Origin: a bacterium
GTDB taxonomy: Bacteria > SZUA-182 > DTGQ01 > JAFGSM01
Assembly (NCBI GenBank): GCA_049472335.1
Contig: JBLIRO010000096.1
Location: forward strand, 1-16,762
Direction: 5' to 3'
Length of the DNA stretch: 16,762 nt
In this document: piece after piece, positions 1-8,000 of the stretch
How positions within the stretch are numbered: the first letter of the stretch is position 1
How the letters are laid out: each line of letters starts with the position of its first letter
Made by a program: the position numbers and the translations under genes
Notes under the pieces: generated by a model
Told to the model about the DNA's origin: nothing
Seen by the model: the letters and a program-made list of their open reading frames with translations, nothing else
Database searches by the model: none

Positions 1-383
1 ATAAAAGGGGCTGTGGGATCGCTTATGTCTATCACCTGTAAGCCGCTATAACCATCAGCCACCAGGGCATAGTGCCCGTCCTGGGAGACGACTACTTTAT
101 TGCCATCACCGAGAGTATCACAGCTTCCAGCAATAAAAGGGGCTGTGGGATCGCTTATGTCTATCACCTGTAAGCCGCTATAACCATCAGCCACCAGGGC
201 ATAGTGCCCATTCTGTGAGAGAGTCACTCCATCAGCTTCACCGGGAGTATCACAGCTTCCGGCAATAAAAGGGGTTGTGGGATCGCTTATGTCTATCACT
301 TGTAAGCCGCTATAACCATCAGCTACAAAGGCATAGTGCCTATTTGGGGCAAGTGCTACGCTTTGTGAAGTACCTGGAGTGTC
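1..383. repeat. Coding tandem repeat, 132-bp period, about 3 units visible
   Basis: Units start at 1, 133 and 265. Bases 1-77 equal 133-209 exactly; each unit has a ~28-nt variable segment (78-105 versus 210-237). 132 bp = 44 codons of the LVIVD gene. Confidence 0.95.
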
Positions 384-848
384 TAAATTTACCATATAAT
401 AAAGCAATTCAGGATATTCTATTTTTATTATATGCACTCCTTTACCTCTAGCAGTCAAATAAGCATAAAAATTATTATCATCTCCTTTTCTTATAGCGAT
501 ATCATTACAATTACCGATTGGAATAAAGGATCTTAAAGATAATTTCATGGATTGTCTTTTTAAGCTATTTTTTCCCTCATCTATGGAAAAAACCACCATA
601 CCTCTAGAAGTTGCACAAAAAGCATAATATAAGCATTCCTCATTGTGATAGGAGAAAATATTACCATCCAATACTTCTATAGCCTGAAAACCACCATAAT
701 TATTGCTCCAATGACCTTCAAGTCCTAAATCAACCATACCCTCTGCGAAGACAGATCCAATGATGAATAGCACTATCCAAAAATTGATTGTAAAAAAAAG
801 AATAAAAACATTTCTCTTATGAAGTGCTATCGCATAATATTGCATCAT
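1..848 (-). CDS. Secreted LVIVD-repeat (beta-propeller) protein, 3' end runs off the window
   Basis: Hand translation from ATG 848 is open to base 1: MMQYYAIALHKRNVFILFFTINFWIVLFIIGSVFA (signal-peptide-like), then EGMVDLGLEGHW...YAYLTARGKGVHIIKI...DTPGTSQSVALAPNRHYAFVADGYSGLQVIDISDPTTPFIAGSCDTPG... 44-aa repeats of the YAxVADGxxGLQVIDISDP (LVIVD) type. In-frame stop upstream at 861-863; GAGGAG at 865-870. Absent from the ORF track because it has no stop in the window. Confidence 0.9.
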   Translation of the reverse strand, partial: MMQYYAIALHKRNVFILFFTINFWIVLFIIGSVFAEGMVDLGLEGHWSNNYGGFQAIEVLDGNIFSYHNEECLYYAFCATSRGMVVFSIDEGKNSLKRQSMKLSLRSFIPIGNCNDIAIRKGDDNNFYAYLTARGKGVHIIKIEYPELLYYMVNLDTPGTSQSVALAPNRHYAFVADGYSGLQVIDISDPTTPFIAGSCDTPGEADGVTLSQNGHYALVADGYSGLQVIDISDPTAPFIAGSCDTLGDGNKVVVSQDGHYALVADGYSGLQVIDISDPTAPF

Positions 849-943
849 TACACTCTCTAACTATCTCCTCCCCCCAAAATTCCTTCCCAATCACCCTATC
901 ATTTCAAACGAATGTAAAAATTTTTATCAGATCAGAGAATATG

Positions 944-968
944 TTTTAAAATATTGTTTTTCCCCCTG
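944..968 (-). promoter_or_regulatory. Motif CAGGGGGAA-N6-TATTTTAAAA upstream of the LVIVD gene
   Basis: Minus strand reads CAGGGGGAA AAACAA TATTTTAAAA; the same two blocks with the same spacing occur at 4971-4995 (+). Function is inferred. Confidence 0.5.
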
Positions 969-1031
969 CGGTCGAAATAACAGAATTGCCAAATCATCTC
1001 TTTTCGATTGCATCAAGTTTAGGTTCCATTT

Positions 1032-2903
1032 TCATTTCTTATTTGGATATAGGTAAACATCATAGATAGCCTTCTGGGTTCGATGATATACCTTCTCTGC
1101 AAGATCACTGACAGAAGCCTCTTTTACAAACTCTATATCATCTCCTGCGTATTTAACTAAAGCAGTTTTCACGTCAACCAATCGATAATAGAGAAATATT
1201 CCTTCCGGCTCCTTGCAGATATCAAGGAATAGCATAGCCCTTGCATAGAGAAACTTCCCAAAAAGATTTAAGGAATCCGGATTATCCCAGGGCAGAACAG
1301 ACAGATCAAGATCCATCTCCTCTAAAAGTTTATCCAGTTTTTCCCTCTCCCCCAGCTCAAGTTGAGGATCTTTTGTAAAGTTTATAATGATTTTTCTGGT
1401 AAGGCCTTTAAGCATGGAAGCAGCCCAGCCGGGGGCTGTGCTCTTCTTCTCATTGAATATATTAAAGACAACAACCACAAAAGGTCTTGCTCTATCCCTA
1501 CTCGAAGCTTTACCTTCAGGAATGCGCTGTAAAAGCTTTTCTCTGATTTTTCCCTTTAAGATTTCTATTCTTTCTTCCTGGGGCATGTTTATGCCGTCTG
1601 CATTATCTCCTATATCCCAAGGAACCCATTCCCATTCCTTTCCCATACAAAAAATCAGCCCCCCAAGACATATCAATACGATAAGGGCTATGAGAAAAGG
1701 CTTTAAGGTGTATACCCTCTTTGAAATATTTATAGGGTTTCTTGTATGTATAGGCTCTTTGACCGGAGCAAGTGCCGATTTTTTATCGCCTTCTTTTTCA
1801 TTACTATCTTTTGGGTCTTTTTGAGAAAGTTCAATCAGGTATAAGGCCGGATCACCATAAAACACATAGTTCAACCAGGAGAGGCTTTCCTGCCCATATT
1901 TTTGTTGAAAAGACACCCTCGCCTTCCGCAGGGCCTCTGCCACTGTATGGCCTGTCATGAGATGAGAATAGAATTCCTTCCCCATATACATGCCGTATTC
2001 ATCCGAGGTGATACAAAATGTGCCGATGTAATTTTGCACCCCGGCTTTTAGAAAAGACTCAATGAGCCCTTCATCAAGAAAATGCATTTTGGGACTGGTT
2101 GCGGCTGATTTGCAGGCATTACAGAAAACAAGGGGAGGCATGGCCATCTGGCCGCCGGCCATCTTTTCAATATCAGACCCGCTGAACCTGCCGTCGGATA
2201 GAAGCCAGGCGCTCTTTTCCGGCTGATTCTCTTCATGTATCACGTGCCCTGCATAATGCACCAGATGGTAATCCCGCAGGTATTTTCGTACAAAATCGGT
2301 GTCTACCTGATCCCCGGAATGGATTTCACATTCTATTACCCTTCCGCTCGGTCCCAATACAGCCTTGATTTCCTCGCCCTCTTTTTGGGACATGGCCAAG
2401 TCCTCTGTGGGGTCAGTGATAATGAGCATGTTCAAGGGCGGTGGGATGGGAAGGGCATAATCCGGACCATTTTTCCTGTTTACCCTGGTTTGTATCTGCC
2501 TTCCCATGTTAAATCGCTCACAGAGAAATTGCTCACCGTCAAAAAGCCATTCCCAGGGAATATGGATGAGATTGACATCCAGTTTCAGCTCAAGGTTTCG
2601 AAGGGTCGTATTCTGAAGGGCTTCCTTTATATCCCGGCTCAAAAGCTCATCATAGAGGAGATAGCAGGATTTTTTAAAATGGATAAACTGTCCGGGATCG
2701 GTTTTAAAATTATTGAATCTATCTAAATCGTTCTTGATTTTTTCCACTGCCCTTTCAATCCTGTCCATGGCAATCTCTGTTCCGTCACGGTTTCTCAAGG
2801 GGCCTGTTTGAGAGGATTGATAAAAATAGAGGCGTATCTTTCCACTTTCAAGATAAATGAGCTCAAGGATATTCTTTTCCTGGACAAATCCCGGAGTGCT
2901 CAT
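1032..2903 (-). CDS. Membrane-anchored CHAT-domain (caspase/HetF-like) cysteine protease with C-terminal CsgG/FlgO-like domain
   Basis: CHAT motifs IPWEWL, VHYAGH (H220), VFCNAC (C264), AEALRKAR and WLNYVFYGDP. One hydrophobic segment FLIALIVLICLGGLIFCMG. The C-terminus (VVVVFNIFN...LGEREKLDKLLEEMDL...FGKFLYARAML...RLVDVKTA) resembles CsgG/HfaB/FlgO-like domains. 4-nt ATGA overlap with the upstream gene. Confidence 0.88.
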   Translation of the reverse strand: MSTPGFVQEKNILELIYLESGKIRLYFYQSSQTGPLRNRDGTEIAMDRIERAVEKIKNDLDRFNNFKTDPGQFIHFKKSCYLLYDELLSRDIKEALQNTTLRNLELKLDVNLIHIPWEWLFDGEQFLCERFNMGRQIQTRVNRKNGPDYALPIPPPLNMLIITDPTEDLAMSQKEGEEIKAVLGPSGRVIECEIHSGDQVDTDFVRKYLRDYHLVHYAGHVIHEENQPEKSAWLLSDGRFSGSDIEKMAGGQMAMPPLVFCNACKSAATSPKMHFLDEGLIESFLKAGVQNYIGTFCITSDEYGMYMGKEFYSHLMTGHTVAEALRKARVSFQQKYGQESLSWLNYVFYGDPALYLIELSQKDPKDSNEKEGDKKSALAPVKEPIHTRNPINISKRVYTLKPFLIALIVLICLGGLIFCMGKEWEWVPWDIGDNADGINMPQEERIEILKGKIREKLLQRIPEGKASSRDRARPFVVVVFNIFNEKKSTAPGWAASMLKGLTRKIIINFTKDPQLELGEREKLDKLLEEMDLDLSVLPWDNPDSLNLFGKFLYARAMLFLDICKEPEGIFLYYRLVDVKTALVKYAGDDIEFVKEASVSDLAEKVYHRTQKAIYDVYLYPNKK

Positions 2904-3685
2904 ACTGTCTCTTTCAGCATAATGGGAATGTCAATATCCTCGATGGTCTTTTCATTATCAAAAAATTTAAGATGGTAGCTGCCTTCTTTGAGCCGATGAA
3001 AGAGGGCCTTTCCCTGGGAAAAGGACACTGCTGCGCGCTGTGTATCTCCTTTATAAAGGCGCACCTCTATACGGGAAGAGAGGTTTTCGGGAGAAAGAGA
3101 GGAGACGGATAAGGTTAAGTACCCTTCCCTATCTGCAGGCACAAGTTCAAGCTGAATTGGGCCAAGCACTGTTTCGGTACGGATGCGGCAGGGAAAATCG
3201 TGAAGGTCTGTGGGAATATCATGACTTTCTTCCCTGGGCTTTTGATATGCCCGCACAGGTTGAGGCACCGGTTCCAGGCAGGGAACTATCCCTTCCAACC
3301 TCTCCTCTATGTGGGCAATTTTGCCCCTTACTTTGTCCCAGATGAGCACTATCTTTTTTGGCTTCGCTTTTGTTTTTGCCTGATCCTCTTTTTTTGCCGA
3401 TGTTCCCTGAAGCAACTCCAGTGCTTTTCGGTAGAGGGATGCAGGAAGTTTTTGAGGGGCTGCCTCGGCTTCTTCAAGATCCTTGAGCGCCACAAGGGTG
3501 TGCAAACATTCGGTGCAGGAGAGAAAATGCCGTATGAGACTTTCCTTATCAGCGATACGATCTCCTCGAATATAGCTTCGTAAAGTATCCTCTGAGGGAC
3601 ATTCTGTTTTTGGAGGAATATATTTTCCCCTGCTTTTTTTTAACCGCTTTGCTATAAAATCATTTATGTCATCTTTTTTTCTCAT
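2900..3685 (-). CDS. Putative soluble zinc-binding anti-sigma factor (zf-HC2/ZAS) with C-terminal beta-sandwich
   Basis: C29-P-S...H53-x3-C57-x2-C60 motif; directly downstream of a sigma factor; no transmembrane segment; the C-terminus (IEVRLYKG...GKALFHRLKEGSYHLKF) looks prealbumin/carboxypeptidase-regulatory-like. Confidence 0.8.
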   Translation of the reverse strand: MRKKDDINDFIAKRLKKSRGKYIPPKTECPSEDTLRSYIRGDRIADKESLIRHFLSCTECLHTLVALKDLEEAEAAPQKLPASLYRKALELLQGTSAKKEDQAKTKAKPKKIVLIWDKVRGKIAHIEERLEGIVPCLEPVPQPVRAYQKPREESHDIPTDLHDFPCRIRTETVLGPIQLELVPADREGYLTLSVSSLSPENLSSRIEVRLYKGDTQRAAVSFSQGKALFHRLKEGSYHLKFFDNEKTIEDIDIPIMLKETV

Positions 3686-3802
3686 GGACTTTCCTTAATG
3701 AGCCGAGTATCTTTTTATTTCAATAGATTCTGCCATTTATCAATCCCTTTGCCGGCCATTATTTTCATAAGGGAGCAATAATACATTTTCTTCCCTTTTT
3801 AC

Positions 3803-3833
3803 TATTAGATTACCCGGAGTCAAAAATTCCCCT
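3803..3833 (-). promoter_or_regulatory. Putative cognate sigma promoter AGGGGAA-N18-CTAATA for the anti-sigma/CHAT genes
   Basis: Minus strand reads AGGGGAA TTTTTGACTCCGGGTAAT CTAATA, straddling the sigma stop codon; identical blocks and spacing at 4770-4800 (+). A GGAA-containing -35 is typical of ECF promoters. Confidence 0.6.
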
Positions 3834-4448
3834 CTTTTTTAATTCATCCTTAAAAAATTTTCTGAATTTCTCGGTGATCTTATAAATGGCCTTCTCTTTC
3901 ATCCGAAAAAGTTTGGCTAATTCTGGTGCTGATATTTTTTCTAATTCACGGATTCCGTAGAAAAGTTCAACAATTAATCGCTCTTTTTCTTTGAGCCTGG
4001 AATAGGCAGATTCTAAGGATTCTTCACGAAATGTTTCCTTCTCATCTTCGATAATGTCTGTTAAAGGATCGTTCTTGGTAGAAAAATCTGAAATGAGCTC
4101 AACATCATTTATCTCTTTTTTGATCCTCCTTGTTTCCTTGTTGAATTGTGAGGAGATGAAAAGATTTGTCACTTTGACAAGATACGTTTGTGGCTGTGCC
4201 CCATTTATGCCCTTGAAATTATAAAGGACCTTATAACCATTTTTGGCAATATAGACTATAAAATCCTGGAAAATATCCGCTGGCTCGAGGTTCACCTTTA
4301 TATATTCACTATTGGCAGCTATGACGATCCGGCCCCCTGAGCACTTTTTACAAATGATGGTATAAATCAAGCCACCAAAACATTCCAGAAAATCACTACA
4401 TGATTCGCCAAAGGCCTTCGGGAATGTGCTTTCGGAATCACCCTTCAT
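3810..4448 (-). CDS. ECF-type sigma-70 family RNA polymerase sigma factor
   Basis: 212 aa; region-2-like DIFQDFIVYI...YNFKG...QTYLVKV and region-4 HTH-like AYSRLKEKERLIVELFYG...SAPELAKLFRMKEKAIYK; GGAG at 4456-4459; followed by a ZAS protein. Confidence 0.85.
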   Translation of the reverse strand: MKGDSESTFPKAFGESCSDFLECFGGLIYTIICKKCSGGRIVIAANSEYIKVNLEPADIFQDFIVYIAKNGYKVLYNFKGINGAQPQTYLVKVTNLFISSQFNKETRRIKKEINDVELISDFSTKNDPLTDIIEDEKETFREESLESAYSRLKEKERLIVELFYGIRELEKISAPELAKLFRMKEKAIYKITEKFRKFFKDELKKRGIFDSG

Positions 4449-4769
4449 ACTCAGGCTCCACTGTAATTATAGGGTAAGGATAAGATAATTGTGAAGGTTT
4501 GATTTTATATCTTATTTTTTTAATATAACTTAACATAATTTACTATTGAAATCAAGATATAATCTTATTCAAATATGTTGATTTTATTCATATTTATTGA
4601 CTGTATCCTCTCTGTTTCACCAAGACTGAATTGTTTTTTCCTTATGGAAGTTACTAAAGGGAACTCATTCTTTATACCCTTATTTTGATAGGGAACCTTC
4701 TGTTTCTCTTTATAATGAGCATTATTGAGAATTGTTTCAATCATTTTTTCTTTGTTTGAAATTTTAATC

Positions 4770-4800
4770 AGGGGAAAAAAGTATTTTGTGGATACTAATA
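4770..4800 (+). promoter_or_regulatory. Putative cognate sigma promoter AGGGGAA-N18-CTAATA for the 2240-aa gene
   Basis: AGGGGAA AAAAGTATTTTGTGGATA CTAATA, 242 nt before ATG 5043 and oriented towards it; matches 3803-3833 (-). Confidence 0.6.
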
Positions 4801-4970
4801 CATATAGGGGATGAAAACAGATATTTAAATTATTCGTTAGAAAAAAAATTTATGTTTTTTCTTTGCTTGTCCATTTAATACAAAAGTTATCCAGTGATTC
4901 AGTTAAAGGGGGTGATATTGGTTATGTGAAAAAAACAGTCAATTATTAAGCTTTAGTTATTGATTTTGTT

Positions 4971-4995
4971 CAGGGGGAAGTCTGTTATTTTAAAA
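4971..4995 (+). promoter_or_regulatory. Motif CAGGGGGAA-N6-TATTTTAAAA upstream of the 2240-aa gene
   Basis: CAGGGGGAA GTCTGT TATTTTAAAA, 47 nt before the start codon; 19 of 25 positions identical to 944-968 (-). Confidence 0.5.
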
Positions 4996-5042
4996 GGTCC
5001 CCAAAAAATATTGGATAGTCAAACTGAAAGGAGAGGAGTGCA

Positions 5043-8000
5043 ATGAAGGCCGTGAATAAGACGATATTGATAATTATGCTGGTTTTTTGCGTAATCTTTC
5101 TTATTAATAGGATCACGTTCGCCGGCATTGAGGAGATGTTGATGCCGGAGGCAAAGGTTATTGTAAAGGGAAAACTTCCTGATGATTGTTCAGTAAATAT
5201 TGATTTAATCCTGAATGATCCGGAGTTAAATGCAAGCCGGATAGATGATTTTGTTGTTTGGCAAGAAATTCCGGATGATTGTGAACGGTCATCATGTTGT
5301 TGTTATCATGAGAGTTATCCTGAATCGGTAAAGTTATTATGCGCATTATCTCAAAACGGCACGTTTCTCTTTGGTGCAGAAGGGCCGGTACCTGAGGTGT
5401 TATCTGCTATATGTCCGGGACAGACATCATTTGAAATACATCTAAAGCCCAGAACAATAAACTTAACCGATTCGGCAAGGTCCAAATTATTATTACTGGA
5501 TAAAAAGGGGTATATATCAGGGCTTCAATCCGAATTGCCTATGGTTGATTTTGCTAATTATATAAAGAAAGGTCTTTCTTTCGAAATTAAACACAGGCTT
5601 GAAAACAAGATAACGGATATTTTCTACGGTGTATTTTCACTCAGGGGAAATGAAGATATTTGGCGTGAAAATGGTTATGGTGTATATACAAAACAACATG
5701 ATATCTGGCGACCCGGAAATACTCTTTGGTGTCCGTTTACAAGTGCATTCGATAATGGGACAGCTATACGTTCCTGTAAAGTCAATTATGAGGGTGAAAT
5801 TGCATCCTTTGTGAATTGTCGGATATTTAATAATAATAAAATATATTCATTACTACCTTGTATAGAAGCTGGCTGGGTGAAATTGGATGGGATTGAGGTT
5901 GTCAATGGATCGGGTAGATGTTGTTCACACGATAGAAAACTCTATAACCAATATCCACAGAACATAGAATTAGGGATAAAAAAGTGTTGGTCTCATACCC
6001 TTTCATATGTTGGTATTGCCTTTATCGGTGACTCAATCACATTCTCTGACTGGAATGAAACTCCAAGCTTAGGGCATAGGAAAAATCCGCCCCCGGAGAT
6101 CCTTGTTCTTGAACCAAACATCTGGTACGGAGACTATATTGAATATTCCCCTGACGATCCAATGGTTGGCAAGGCTGTAACCTTTGATATCCTATCTTCA
6201 TTTGATCCCAGTAAAGTTGCATCCTATGAATGGGACTTCGGGGATGGAATTACCGGTACAGGTGCAACTGTAAATCATATATATCAGGAACCCGGAGATT
6301 ATAATATTTCTTTATTGATGACCACAACTGACGGTGAAATGGCAGCATCCTCTGTAACGATTACAGTAAAGGATTTTCAATTAAGAAAGATTCATTCTAT
6401 TAACGCGACTGCTGTGGGATTCGAGATAGGGGATGTAGACAATGACAATTTAGAGGAATTGGTGATTACCGATACTTCAAATAACCAGATACTTGTTTAT
6501 GATGCCCAATACAACTTCGAATATAGCCTTCCCTTTAATGAAACACCGCGTGCAGTCATTATCTCGGATATCAACAATGATGGCAAAAATGAGCTTATTG
6601 TCGGGACTGCCACTGGCTCCAGTGCTGATGGGCCTGGATATGCATATATAGGAGAGGTCGAGAGTACAGGCAATTTCGTTGAAGAGTGGAAAAGCCCGCC
6701 ATATTGCCTCAAATGGGCGGATGATTTAACAGTCGGGGACCTAAATTCAAATGGCAGGAAAGAATTGATTATGGGGCTTGCAGGCAACGATGATAAGCTG
6801 GTTTCATATGAATATACAGGATCAACATACACTCTTATTTTTACGGAAGATATCGGCAGTGATGTGGATAGTGTTTCTGTTGCAGAGGATAAACTGTTTG
6901 TGGGGACCTCCTGCTCATTGGATTATGGTATGAGGATATACAATAAATATAACATAGAATTTTCCGATCTTAATAATGGTTCAACATGTGTTAGTGCTGG
7001 TGACGTAAATGGTGATGGGAAAATAGATATTGTAAGGGCAATGGGAGGCAAGTGTGAATGTTATAGTAGTGGTTTAGTTGGTAAACATTCTTATCCAAGA
7101 CCATCTTTTTCAATCTATGATGAGACATATACAGATGTCTTCACTTCCCCAGAATTGAGTGTGGACAGTGTTCCCAGACACGTCTTTGTTACAACAGGCG
7201 ACCTTTTAACTGGAGGTGGGGAAGAGATTGTTGTTGGCATCCGCAGTGAAACACATGAAATTATAGATAAAATAAGGTTATATCGATACAACGGCACTAC
7301 ATATGAAGAAGTCTGGAACGAAGATCTAAGCGATGTGACAGATGACGTATATCATTTAAGAATAGCGGATCTGGACGGGGATGGCAAAAATGAGTTTTTT
7401 GTAAGCACAACTTATGGTTTAAAGGTATTTGCCCCATCATGTTGTTCTTTAAATACCTTTTATCAGGATTCCGATGCAGATGGTTTTGGAAACCCTGATA
7501 TCACAACCCTTGGCTATGTTCAGCCTGCAGGCTATAGCTTTAATAATCTTGATTGTAATGACACTGATCCTGATATTCATCCAACCGCCGTAGAATACGT
7601 TGATGGGAAAGACAATGATTGTGATGGTGAAGTGGATGAGCCGAATGATTTAACAAACGGATTGGTGGCCTATTATCCTTTTAATGGAAACGCCTATGAT
7701 GAGAGTGGAAACGGGAAGCACGGGATAGTTTATGGCTCTACACTATGTGAAGATAGATTTGGAAATGCAAATAGTGCTTTTAATTTTGATGGGGTGGATG
7801 ATTATGTGATAGTACAAAAAAATTCTTCATTAATTCCCGGAAATAGCTTAACATTATCAGCTTGGTTTAAAACAAATAGTGGCAATCAACAACCAATCCT
7901 GGAATGGAATGATGGAAATCATTGCGGCGTGCATATGTGGATAAATGTACCATGTTGGCCTGGTACAGGTGCGAATCTTGCTGACACAATTAACATAAGC

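Noticed and set aside
1..383. Constant/variable alternation resembling a CRISPR array
   Set aside because: The constant part is ~104 nt, the period is exactly 44 codons, and it is an open frame encoding LVIVD repeats; no cas genes in the window.
1387..3583. Plus-strand and alternate-frame ORFs inside the CHAT and anti-sigma genes
   Set aside because: Shadows of well-supported CDSs, with no motifs.
1032..4448. Type III-E CRISPR (Craspase) locus
   Set aside because: No Cas7-11, array or TPR repeats; only the protease/anti-sigma/sigma logic is analogous.
4480..4720. Short inverted repeats (ATAAGATA/TATCTTAT, AAGAT/ATCTT) and two AGGGAAC sites in the divergent intergenic region
   Set aside because: Short matches in very AT-rich DNA, and the AGGGAAC sites lack CTAATA at the expected spacing; not distinguishable from chance by eye.
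4807..4929. Leader peptides (MKTDI at 4811; AAAGGGGGTGAT followed by ATG-TGA) or a riboswitch before the giant gene
   Set aside because: Too short to support, and I see no recognisable riboswitch consensus; an Rfam/Infernal scan would be needed.
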